A stretch of DNA of 64,000 nucleotides from a bacterium. Its GTDB lineage: Bacteria > SAR324 > NAC60-12. A program made the translations under genes and the position numbers. The notes below the pieces were generated by a model, which saw only the letters and a list, made by a program, of their open reading frames with translations, searched no databases and had not been told where the DNA came from. The DNA is taken from NCBI GenBank assembly GCA_965233585.1, contig CBDDTI010000747.1:32001-96000 (forward strand). Reading direction: 5' to 3'. Position 1 is the stretch's first letter, and each line of letters starts with the position of its first letter. Of this stretch, positions 10,560 through 19,743 are shown one piece after another.

Positions 10560-10614
10560 TGTTTTCAAAAACAATATCCATCAGAAAATTGAAAAGTTGA
10601 TGATTTAAGCCTCT

Positions 10615-11754
10615 ATGCCTGAACAATCTGCTACTCCTAAATCCATTGGGCTGAGATGCCCGGTTTGTCAAGCTCAATTCCGTGTCCCTCACGAACGCAC
10701 CAAAAAGTATTCTTCTGCCAAATGTGCCAGATGTGGCTCTACCTTCAAAATTGCTGATGCCCTCAAAAATACAACATTATCCAACGCAGAAAAAGCCTAC
10801 TTAGAAGCCACCACATTTGATAGCCAAAATCTTTTGGGAAGAGATTCTCAAGTCGCTTCTGATTTGTTCATGAATCCTGATGAACTCGCATCATTCCAAA
10901 AAAAACGCAGACCCGCACCAATTCAAGACCCACAAAAACAGCAAGAACCAGAGGCAGAACCTGACCCTTTTCCTCCAAGTACACAACAACAAGAACCAAA
11001 AGAACAAACCGACACAGAAGAAGAGGATTGGTTAGGTTCAAAGACTGATGCTGAGGAAAGTTTAGACATTGATGACCAACCAGAGGCAGAGCCTGACCTG
11101 TTTGAAGAAGAGTGGAATGAACTCTCTGCTGATGGCGATTTAGATGAATTGCCGTCTGTTGCAGAAATTGAGGAGAAGAAAAAGAAGTCATCATTGGTGA
11201 CCAAAGCGTTTCTTGCAGTTTGGGCATTGATGTTTTTTGGAGGGCTTGGCGTCATTGCTTATGCCAGCCTCACGCACCCCATTTGGTTAGAAAATATCTA
11301 TCGCTTTTTTAATCTTTCATTGCACGAAATTTCATTTTCTGATGAAAGTACCCAAACCTATGAGATTCACAACATTCATGGCAGAAGATCTCTTTATGTC
11401 GTAGAAGGTCAGCTTGTGAATCAATTTGACACTGATGAAAAGGTCAGTTGGATTCAGGTTAAAGGGGTTGCACTTGATGAGAATGGAAAAATGCTAGAGA
11501 CGTCTATTGCTTTTGCAGGAAATGTTTTGACCAAAAAAGAACTTGCAGAACAAGAACTCTATCAAATCAAAAAATTCTACAAATACCCTAATGGTCAGGG
11601 TAATACCAACCATGAACTGAAAGAACAGCAAGCTGTGCCTTTTCAGATTGTGTTTTATGATTCAAGTCAAAGACTCAATAATGTGTCTGTCAAAATCATC
11701 AGTTATGTCAAAAACAGCCAAACCGTTTATCCTCAATCTATTAGTGTGAATTAG
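10615..11754 (+). CDS. Zinc-ribbon (MJ0042-type) + acidic linker + TM + DUF3426-like protein (ZitP/AgmX-like architecture)
   Basis: CPVCQAQFRVP...KCARCGSTF, Glu/Asp/Pro-rich linker, one TM, periplasmic beta domain (VVEGQLVN...PFQIVF). Confidence 0.75.
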   Translation: MPEQSATPKSIGLRCPVCQAQFRVPHERTKKYSSAKCARCGSTFKIADALKNTTLSNAEKAYLEATTFDSQNLLGRDSQVASDLFMNPDELASFQKKRRPAPIQDPQKQQEPEAEPDPFPPSTQQQEPKEQTDTEEEDWLGSKTDAEESLDIDDQPEAEPDLFEEEWNELSADGDLDELPSVAEIEEKKKKSSLVTKAFLAVWALMFFGGLGVIAYASLTHPIWLENIYRFFNLSLHEISFSDESTQTYEIHNIHGRRSLYVVEGQLVNQFDTDEKVSWIQVKGVALDENGKMLETSIAFAGNVLTKKELAEQELYQIKKFYKYPNGQGNTNHELKEQQAVPFQIVFYDSSQRLNNVSVKIISYVKNSQTVYPQSISVN

Positions 11755-11759
11755 GCAAA

Positions 11760-12512
11760 ATGATGCTTTGGGTTGTTGCTTTGTTTTGTGCTTTGGCGTT
11801 CAGTACTCTTGGCTTGTATTGGGCAGAGACCAAGCCTTATGTTCAGAAGCCTTGCCGATTTTGCTCTCATACACGCACATTCAAAGCATACCTTCCTTTT
11901 GTTTCTCATCAATCGTGGCAGTGTTGCCATGAGGCTCAAAGAGAACGTCCAAAATTTGAAGCCTTGCGTCTCTTGTTGATTGTGGGAATACTAGTCCCTT
12001 TGTGGTGGCAAAATTCCTTATGGGCATGGGCAAATGACATCGTTTTTTTTGCGTCACTCATTTTGTTGGCATTTGTAGATTGGCAAGAATATGTGATTGA
12101 AACATGGCTTGTGGTCTTAGTCATTTTGTTTCGCTTAGCATGGCTTGTTGTGTTTCAATTAGATGCGTTAGTAGATTTTGTAGGGGCATGGCTGATTGGT
12201 GCAGGTGGTTTATACTGGCTCTCCTTTTTCTATCAAACCATCAGAGAACGTGTAGGTATTGGAGAAGGAGACCCTGCCATTTTAGGCATGATTGGACTTT
12301 GGGTTGGACTGATTGACTTGCCTTCAACCATTTTTATTGCTTCTTTTTCAGGAGCGGCAGTTGGTTGGGTCATGCTCAGAAGGCAAAAACAGCCTGTTCA
12401 CTCAACACCCATTCCTTTTGTCCCTTTTCTTGTTTTAGGAGGTCTGGCAACCTATGTCTTCCAAAAAATCTATCTGATGCCAATGACTTCCGCATTTCTC
12501 AAAATACTTTGA
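11760..12512 (+). CDS. pilD: A24 family prepilin peptidase (PilD-like)
   Basis: Multi-TM; catalytic Asp motifs AFVDW and GIGEGD; C-terminal PIPFVPFL; partial Cys cluster CRFC. Confidence 0.75.
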   Translation: MMLWVVALFCALAFSTLGLYWAETKPYVQKPCRFCSHTRTFKAYLPFVSHQSWQCCHEAQRERPKFEALRLLLIVGILVPLWWQNSLWAWANDIVFFASLILLAFVDWQEYVIETWLVVLVILFRLAWLVVFQLDALVDFVGAWLIGAGGLYWLSFFYQTIRERVGIGEGDPAILGMIGLWVGLIDLPSTIFIASFSGAAVGWVMLRRQKQPVHSTPIPFVPFLVLGGLATYVFQKIYLMPMTSAFLKIL

Positions 12513-12598
12513 GTGATCTTAAATCAAAACTTTTTTCCCAAAACCGGCACAAGTTGCAAGTGTTTTAAGAAAGAGGCAAGATGCCGTTTTTCAATCTT

Positions 12599-13792
12599 TC
12601 AAGATTCACTTGTTTCATCTTCAGAAAAAGACTTTTGAGCTTTTTGATAGACATATCTGATAGGCATGTGGTGTTGTTTAGCAATTTGACGGCATTGTTC
12701 AAATTCAGGTTGAAAATAGGTGAGATCATCAATTTTTGTGCATTTCCCCTCAATCAGTCCCCATTCTGTTTGCACTTGACAAGTGCTTCGCTTCAGTGCA
12801 TACCTTTGTACAGAATAAAAACGAATGCCAAGTGATGAGGTTTCAGAGAATAAAATATGATGAATCTCATGACGTTTTTGTGGAGTGTATAAGACCTGAA
12901 CCAGTGTGGCAGGTCGGTTTTTTTTCATTTGTGCATGTAAAAAAATCACATCACAAGCTCCTGCTTCCAGCAATCTTTCTTGAGTGTATCCAAGCCATTC
13001 GGGCAGGCTATCGTCAATGTTAATTTCTGCACACTCCAGCCACTCTAGCTTTCCTAAATTCTGCTCAAAATGATGACACAAACTTCCTCTTAAAATATTT
13101 GGCACAGCATCAGGGTTTTTGGTACCCAACCCGATGCCAATGCGAGAAGGCGTCATTTTTTGATTTGCCTGCAATGGTGTTGCAAGTGCTTTCAAAATAG
13201 CTGCACCTGTTGGCGTGACTCTTTCAAACGCTAAGTCATCATAGACAATCTCAAGCCCGCACAAAAGTTCTAAAGTTGCAGGTGCAGGAATGGGCATTGT
13301 GCCATGAGCAGTCTGTACAAATCCCGTGCCAACAGGGATTGCTGACACTGTGATTTGCGAAATATCTAGTTCATCTAATGCGATTGCGACGCCTACAATG
13401 TCAGCAATAGAATCCCATGCACCGACTTCGTGAAAATGGACGTTGTTGATATTGCATTGATGCACTTTGGCTTCTGCTTCTGCCAGTTGTTGGAAGATGG
13501 CTAATGCTAGCTTTAACGCCCTTTTGTTTTGAATGCTACTTTGCAAAAGTTGTGTGATTTGCAAATAATTTTTGGATTCTTGGGGAAGGGTTTGGGGCTG
13601 GATAGAGATTTTAACGCCGCCAATTTGGTGTCTTTTTTCGTAAGTTTTTTGGACAAGAAGTTTGGGAATCTCTTCAATGGATTGGAGTGTTTCTTGAATC
13701 TTGTCTAACGATGCACCCAAATCAACCAAAAGTCCAAGCATCATATCCCCTGAAATTCCGCCTATGGGTTCAAGGTGTAGATTCTTTGCCAT
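12599..13792 (-). CDS. larC: Nickel pincer cofactor biosynthesis protein LarC (N and C domains fused)
   Basis: GISGDMMLG, AEAEAKVH, HFHEVGAWDSIADIVG, AHGTMPIPAPAT, TPTGAA, E.NIDD, MKKNRP, PEFE. Confidence 0.92.
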   Translation of the reverse strand: MAKNLHLEPIGGISGDMMLGLLVDLGASLDKIQETLQSIEEIPKLLVQKTYEKRHQIGGVKISIQPQTLPQESKNYLQITQLLQSSIQNKRALKLALAIFQQLAEAEAKVHQCNINNVHFHEVGAWDSIADIVGVAIALDELDISQITVSAIPVGTGFVQTAHGTMPIPAPATLELLCGLEIVYDDLAFERVTPTGAAILKALATPLQANQKMTPSRIGIGLGTKNPDAVPNILRGSLCHHFEQNLGKLEWLECAEINIDDSLPEWLGYTQERLLEAGACDVIFLHAQMKKNRPATLVQVLYTPQKRHEIHHILFSETSSLGIRFYSVQRYALKRSTCQVQTEWGLIEGKCTKIDDLTYFQPEFEQCRQIAKQHHMPIRYVYQKAQKSFSEDETSES

Positions 13793-13821
13793 GAGTATTT
13801 ATGATGAAAAATGGGCAAAGG

Positions 13822-16488
13822 CTACTTTCCGTGACATTTTTTAAACTTTTTGCCACTACCACAAGGACAAGGGTCATTGCGTTTAATCGTTTGAGACCTT
13901 TGGGCAGGCTTTTGCTTGGGAATTGATGAAGTTTTCTGCTCAAATTCACCTACTTCATCATGGGACATGACCATGTCTTGTGGAGGTTGAGGCTCGTGAG
14001 TTGGAACAGCAGAAAGTTTGACTTTGAAGAAAGTGGTTGTCGTTTCAATATTGATTCGCATGATGAGGTTAGAAAAAAGCTCAAATGCTCGTTTTTTATA
14101 TTCTACGATTGGTTTTTTTTGTGCATAGCCAACCAAACCTGTTTCTTCTCGGACGTGGTCCATGGCTAATAAGTGGTCTTTCCAAAGGGAATCAGCAGTA
14201 GAGATTAAGATATGCCGTTGCAAATCCGTCAATGCGTTAGGAGCTTGTTCTGGTGGTAATTCTTGATTGAACACTTTTGTAAATTCATCAATTTGCTCTT
14301 GATATTCTACCCCTAAATGGTCAAAGAATTTTTGCATCATCTCTTCTTTTGAAATATCTTCTTCATACCATTTTTCGTGATGTAATCGCTTAAAGATTTG
14401 TAAATAGCTTTTTCTAAACCCCGAAATATCCCATTGATCGGCATATTTACCTCCACAGTGCATTTCAAAGTGTTCAACAAAAGTTTCATCAATCGCCTCA
14501 AGTAAAAGTGGCTTGGGGTCTTCTGTCATAAAAGAGCGTCGGCGTTGGTAGATGATAGAACGTTGCCGATTCATCACATCGTCATATTCAAGTAGGTGTT
14601 TGCGGATTCCAAAGTGATGTCCTTCCACTTTCTTCTGTGCATTTTTGATCGCACGAGAGACGTAAGAATGTTCAATCGGCTCATCATCTTCAATTTTTAA
14701 CCTGTCCATCATGCGAGCAATCCACTCACCACCAAAAATGCGGAGCAATCCGTCATCTAGTGCAAGAAAAAACTGTGAAGCGCCAGGGTCTCCTTGACGC
14801 CCCGAACGTCCCCTGAGCTGATTGTCAATACGTCTGCTGTCATGCCTTTCTGTTCCAAGCACAAAGAGTCCCCCAGCCTTGCGTGATGCTTCATCAAGTT
14901 TAATGTCTGTTCCACGACCTGCCATATTAGTTGCAATGGTGACTGACCCTGTTTTTCCTGCATTGGCAATGATTTCTGCCTCTCGTTCGTGGTGCTTGGC
15001 ATTTAACACTTCGTGCGGGACACCGTTTTGGTGCAAGATTTGACTGATTTTTTCTGAGACTTCAATAGACACTGTCCCCACAAGGACAGGTTGTTGTTTT
15101 TCGTGCAGTGTCTTCACCAATTCCCCAATAGCTTTGAATTTGGCATTAGAATTTTTGTAAATCACATCAGAACGGTCAATTCTTGCGATGGGACGGTTGG
15201 TTGGAATGGAGACAACACCAAGGTTATAGATCTTTTGAAACTCCTCTTTTTCGGTCAATGCTGTTCCTGTCATGCCCCCAAGCTTATTGTAAAGCCTGAA
15301 GTAATTTTGAAATGTGACAGATGCAAGGGTTTGGTTTTCTCGCTCAATCGTGACCCCTTCTTTTGCCTCCAAAGCCTGATGCAACCCGTCACTGAAACGT
15401 CTACCGGGCATGAGGCGACCTGTAAATTCGTCAACAATCATCACCTTGTTATCTTGCACCACATAATCAATGTCTTTTTTAAAAATGTGATGTGCTTTCA
15501 GTGCCTGATTGATGTGATGCAAGACCTCAATATTTTCATAGTCAAACAAACTGGTCTGTTCTTTGAGCAATCCTTTAAGATGACTTTCTATTTTGATAGA
15601 CCCCCGCTCTGTCAAAGAAATACTTTTCCCTTTTTCATCAAGTGTGTAGTCTCCTTCGCAAACAACCTCATGTTCTTCAAAGTGATTCCAATCTTCAACA
15701 ATGTCATAGTCTTCAGGATTAGGAAGCCTTGCTAACTCCTCCTTACGCAACTCACGAAACAACTTGATACGTCTGATGACTTGATTGATTGTGTGATATT
15801 TTTCAACGTTGTCATCAGTTGGACCACTGATAATCAAAGGAGTCCTAGCCTCGTCAATAAGAATACTGTCCACTTCGTCAATGACAGCAAAGTTGTACCC
15901 ACGTTGGACGCATTCTTCTAGGCTAAACTTCATATTGTCCCGTAAGTAGTCAAAGCCAAATTCGTTGTTTGTGCCATAAGTGATGTCTTGTGCATAAGCA
16001 AAATGCCTCTCGTCATCTCTCATGTCATGCTGGATTAAACCAACACTTAAACCAAGAAACTGATAGATTTGTCCCATCCACTGGCTATCACGTTTGGCAA
16101 GGTAATCGTTTGGAGTCACGACGTGAACTCCCTGACCAGATAAAGCATTTAGATACACGGGACAGGTGGAAGAAAGTGTTTTCCCTTCACCTGTTTGCAT
16201 CTCTGCAATGTTGCCATCATTCAAAGCCATTCCTCCGATTAGCTGGACATCGTAATGTCTTTCACCAATAACACGATCAGCAGCTTCCCGAACCAGTGCA
16301 AAGGCTTCACTTAAAATGTCTTGCAGTGATTCACCATTTTTTAAACGGTTGCGAAAGTCTTCTGTTTTTTTAGGAAATTCGTCATCTTGTAACTGTTTCA
16401 TATCGTCAGCAAGAGCATTAATTTTGACAACAGAATTGCGGTATTGACGCAAATTTCTTTCGTTGGAGCTAAAATATTTGAAAACCAT
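13822..16488 (-). CDS. secA: Preprotein translocase ATPase SecA
   Basis: MQTGEGKT, DEVDSILIDEARTPLIISG, TNMAGRGTDI, QLRGRSGRQGDPG, C-terminal CPCGSGKKFKKCHG. Confidence 0.98.
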   Translation of the reverse strand: MVFKYFSSNERNLRQYRNSVVKINALADDMKQLQDDEFPKKTEDFRNRLKNGESLQDILSEAFALVREAADRVIGERHYDVQLIGGMALNDGNIAEMQTGEGKTLSSTCPVYLNALSGQGVHVVTPNDYLAKRDSQWMGQIYQFLGLSVGLIQHDMRDDERHFAYAQDITYGTNNEFGFDYLRDNMKFSLEECVQRGYNFAVIDEVDSILIDEARTPLIISGPTDDNVEKYHTINQVIRRIKLFRELRKEELARLPNPEDYDIVEDWNHFEEHEVVCEGDYTLDEKGKSISLTERGSIKIESHLKGLLKEQTSLFDYENIEVLHHINQALKAHHIFKKDIDYVVQDNKVMIVDEFTGRLMPGRRFSDGLHQALEAKEGVTIERENQTLASVTFQNYFRLYNKLGGMTGTALTEKEEFQKIYNLGVVSIPTNRPIARIDRSDVIYKNSNAKFKAIGELVKTLHEKQQPVLVGTVSIEVSEKISQILHQNGVPHEVLNAKHHEREAEIIANAGKTGSVTIATNMAGRGTDIKLDEASRKAGGLFVLGTERHDSRRIDNQLRGRSGRQGDPGASQFFLALDDGLLRIFGGEWIARMMDRLKIEDDEPIEHSYVSRAIKNAQKKVEGHHFGIRKHLLEYDDVMNRQRSIIYQRRRSFMTEDPKPLLLEAIDETFVEHFEMHCGGKYADQWDISGFRKSYLQIFKRLHHEKWYEEDISKEEMMQKFFDHLGVEYQEQIDEFTKVFNQELPPEQAPNALTDLQRHILISTADSLWKDHLLAMDHVREETGLVGYAQKKPIVEYKKRAFELFSNLIMRINIETTTTFFKVKLSAVPTHEPQPPQDMVMSHDEVGEFEQKTSSIPKQKPAQRSQTIKRNDPCPCGSGKKFKKCHGK

Positions 16489-16625
16489 GAAAAACCTTTA
16501 ATTTTGAATTTGGATTAGAAAGCCAGTCAATTTTAATTGCGGACTGTTGAGGGTAAACAAAGAAGTTTGCAAAATGAAGACAAAACCTTTAATCTTATCT
16601 TTCATGGGTTAGAAAGACAAGCCAC

Positions 16626-17564
16626 TTGATAAAAAATTCAATGATTTTCATCAGACTTCTTCCTGCTTTATTATTTGTTTTTGGGGGTCTTTCTGTTTAT
16701 GACCAAGAATGGAGTCTATGGCTTCATCAAAGGGATTTTCGTCCCTTTTCTCAATGGTTTGACCAATCGCTGTTAAGTGGTCAAAACTTCGGAGGTGCTG
16801 ATTTACCAGTCTTTTTGGCAGTGTTCTCTGCGTTGCTTTATGCTTTAAGTTTGTTTGAACCTTTTGGCAAATTTCGTTCGCATTCATGGACTGCTTACCT
16901 GCCTGCCTTGCTGGTTTTAACAGCAGTGACAACACATGCCCTGAAAATTTCCATAGGGCGTGCAAGACCTTACGACGTTTGGTCTGGAAAAGAGGAGTAT
17001 AGTGAATGGTTTCAATTTGGGTCGCATTGGATTGGAGAAGGAATCTTTTCAGGCAGTTTTACGAGTGGTCATACAGCTGCAACTATCACTTTTTTAGGAA
17101 TGGGGTGTTACCTTTATAACCATGAATACGTGAGAAAGCGGTTGTTCTATCATTTGGGTGCATTACTTTTTGTGATTTTGGCATTTAGTTATATGGTTGC
17201 CATGGGCATTTCCAGAAGCATGCTTGCCTATCATTGGATCACTGACACTTCTGGGTCTATTCTCATTGGCATAGCTTGGAGTTACCTGCTGTACTTCCAC
17301 ATCTTCAGAATCCATGAGCAACGTCTTTTTTATCAGAAGTATAAAAGAACAGCTGTTTTGTCCAGAATCTGGGAGGTTTTTTCGGTAGGCTATTTGGTGG
17401 GCATCATCTTCTGCTTTGCCGTGCTTGTCATTTCAATTCGTGCAATCTGGACGCAAGACCCGCTTTTGAGTTTGTTGGCTGTTCCTGCATCCGCACTTTC
17501 TTGGTGGTTAGGAAGAAAATTGAAACTTTTGAACGAACAAGTGCAATATGAATTGAATGCTTAA
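16626..17564 (+). CDS. PAP2 family membrane phosphatase
   Basis: K...GRARP, SFTSGH, SR....HWITD motifs; multiple TMs. Confidence 0.85.
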   Translation: MIKNSMIFIRLLPALLFVFGGLSVYDQEWSLWLHQRDFRPFSQWFDQSLLSGQNFGGADLPVFLAVFSALLYALSLFEPFGKFRSHSWTAYLPALLVLTAVTTHALKISIGRARPYDVWSGKEEYSEWFQFGSHWIGEGIFSGSFTSGHTAATITFLGMGCYLYNHEYVRKRLFYHLGALLFVILAFSYMVAMGISRSMLAYHWITDTSGSILIGIAWSYLLYFHIFRIHEQRLFYQKYKRTAVLSRIWEVFSVGYLVGIIFCFAVLVISIRAIWTQDPLLSLLAVPASALSWWLGRKLKLLNEQVQYELNA

Positions 17565-17863
17565 CGGTCGCATTCAAGGTACCCCCAGCATTGTTGGTAA
17601 ATCTCCTTGTCTCTGCTGAAACGGTGTTGTTTTTGCAGAATTTGAATTTGCACTTGTTCAAACTGTCTCCATGATTTTTTTTGCTCCTCCGTATAATTTC
17701 CCCAGTTCGCAGGCAGTGTTAATTGGGCAGGTGGAATAAGTTCTTGAAACATCTGTCTCATACTTGGTTTTTTTGGAATTTCTGTATCAGCAGATTGTGA
17801 AGAACACGCCATGATGAAAAAGAAAACCAGATAACAGCTTTTGGTTTGTTTAAGTAGAGACAT
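17561..17863 (-). CDS. Small hypothetical protein, probable lipoprotein
   Basis: Hydrophobic stretch ending IMA-C-SSQS (lipobox-like); fills the gap between genes. Confidence 0.5.
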   Translation of the reverse strand: MSLLKQTKSCYLVFFFIMACSSQSADTEIPKKPSMRQMFQELIPPAQLTLPANWGNYTEEQKKSWRQFEQVQIQILQKQHRFSRDKEIYQQCWGYLECDR

Positions 17864-17927
17864 AGTTACTCAAAAAATTGTCCAATTTCATTGGGCTTAT
17901 TATTACTCCCAATTAATTTATTTTTCT

Positions 17928-18455
17928 ATGATTCAATCTTTTTTACAAAAAACACGTCACATTGTTCGTCAAAAAATTATTGACCCTATTTTCAAAAGTC
18001 AATCACCAGTTAAAGAAGTCAGCTGGGGTGTGGCAGTTGGCATGTTTTTCGGGCTGACTCCAACAATGGGGATTCAAATGTATATTGTCACAGGAATCTG
18101 GTTGATCCTACGTTTTTTCCCAAAAGGTTCATTCAATTTGCCTGTTGCCTGTGCAATGGTCTGGATTAGCAACCCGTTGACCGTGATTCCGATGTACTAT
18201 GTTTTTTTTGTAACAGGAGATTTATTACTTCACGGAACAAGTCAGGCTGGCTCTTTTGTGTGGTTTCGGTCTAAAATAGAACAGATTCAGGAAGATTTTC
18301 AAGGCATAGAATTCATCATCAAAATATTAGAATTTTTAATCGTTGATCTTGGCTACCCAATGCTTGTTGGGAGTTTACTTTATGCCATTCCTATCGCATT
18401 TGGTTCTTTTTTTATCACAAAACGTTTGCTTACCAGAAGGGGAAAAACCGTATGA
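17928..18455 (+). CDS. DUF2062 family membrane protein
   Basis: SP..VSWGVAVGMFFGLTPTMGIQ...WISNPLT..P.Y; ATG at 17928. Confidence 0.85.
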   Translation: MIQSFLQKTRHIVRQKIIDPIFKSQSPVKEVSWGVAVGMFFGLTPTMGIQMYIVTGIWLILRFFPKGSFNLPVACAMVWISNPLTVIPMYYVFFVTGDLLLHGTSQAGSFVWFRSKIEQIQEDFQGIEFIIKILEFLIVDLGYPMLVGSLLYAIPIAFGSFFITKRLLTRRGKTV

Positions 18456-19696
18456 AGTCTCTTTTCAAAAGTTTTTTAAAAAGTGGTCAAAGTGTGTTTC
18501 AAAATAGGAAACTTCAAAAATTCCACAAACTTTGCCAAACGAAACCTCATCAGGCGCATCGCTTAGCATTACAACTGCAACCCCAAAACTTTTCACCTGA
18601 ACAGTCCTACATGATTGGCAACAAACTTTATGAGTTTGGTGAAGAAGTTCAGGCACAAAAGTTTTGGAAGCATCTTGAAATCACTCAAGAACGGGTTGTT
18701 CTGAAATACATGGTCAGTTTTTTAACAACTCTTAGTATTTTATTCTTTTATTTTCTGATTTTTCAGTTGAACCCACGCACAGATTTTTTGGGGCAACTTG
18801 CATTGCAATATGAACAAGACCAAAGCAAAAGGTTGGATAACTTCTGGCAAACTTACAGGCAGTCCCAAACGAGGCAAAGTGAATATATGGGATTGGGTCA
18901 AACATGGCAACTTTTTAAACAGAAGTGGGAACAGCTTTTTTCGTCAGAAGAAGAAAAGTATGCGTCTCATTATGAGCTGCTTCAACAGCTCCTGAGGCGT
19001 CAACGGCATCTCCAGTTTAGCTCTGGTCCTGTGACTTTAAGGCAGGCTTTGGGTCGTGGTTTTGCTGATTCTCGTTCTTTTGATCTGGCAATAGCACAAC
19101 TTCAACAAAACTTAAAAGAAGCAAAAAGTTCCTTTGAAAAGTCTCAAATCTATGAAGAATTAGGTACGGTTTACTATTACCAAGGATACCTCTTGCAACC
19201 CAACGGTCTTGCTAAATATGATCTGGCATTGGTACAAAAATCTGTTGAAGCCTACGAACAAACAATCCCGCAATCTAGGAGTCCATATCTCTATGGCAAT
19301 TTAGGTTGGGGATATTATCTGCTTGAAAAATATGAGCAATCTTTGGAAAGCAGCCTGAAAGCGCTGGCTTTGCAACCCAAACTAGTCTACGTCCGCATGA
19401 ATTTAGGTTTAACCTACCTGCGTATGAAACAGCATGAAAAGTCTTTTGAAACTTACAGCAATTTTATTGAGCTGGCTCAGTTTTCAGATTACGAAGGAGC
19501 AATACGTGACCTCAAAGAGTTGTCAAGAGACTCTAGTCAATACCCTTTTGCAACCTTCATCACCGGTTATTTATACATGGAATCTAAAAATTATTACTAT
19601 GCAAGGCAGTACTTCAAAGATTTTTTGAATCGGTGGAGTGGAAACATGAAATGGAGAAATCAGGCACGTCAATTTTTAGAACAAATGTCGTCGTAG
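18452..19696 (+). CDS. Membrane-anchored tetratricopeptide repeat protein
   Basis: One TM near residue 90; TPR motifs (YGNLGWGYYLLEKYEQSL...P..VYVRMNLGLTY); ATGA overlap with DUF2062 gene. Confidence 0.7.
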   Translation: MKSLFKSFLKSGQSVFQNRKLQKFHKLCQTKPHQAHRLALQLQPQNFSPEQSYMIGNKLYEFGEEVQAQKFWKHLEITQERVVLKYMVSFLTTLSILFFYFLIFQLNPRTDFLGQLALQYEQDQSKRLDNFWQTYRQSQTRQSEYMGLGQTWQLFKQKWEQLFSSEEEKYASHYELLQQLLRRQRHLQFSSGPVTLRQALGRGFADSRSFDLAIAQLQQNLKEAKSSFEKSQIYEELGTVYYYQGYLLQPNGLAKYDLALVQKSVEAYEQTIPQSRSPYLYGNLGWGYYLLEKYEQSLESSLKALALQPKLVYVRMNLGLTYLRMKQHEKSFETYSNFIELAQFSDYEGAIRDLKELSRDSSQYPFATFITGYLYMESKNYYYARQYFKDFLNRWSGNMKWRNQARQFLEQMSS

Positions 19697-19743
19697 CAGA
19701 ATTACTCTGTGGCTTTGCTGTCATTGCCAGCAGAGCAGACGTA

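Noticed and set aside
15650..15780. Roughly 30-aa charged insertion in the SecA preprotein-binding domain as a possible intein
   Set aside because: Too short and lacks intein C/S...HN termini; variable insertions here are common
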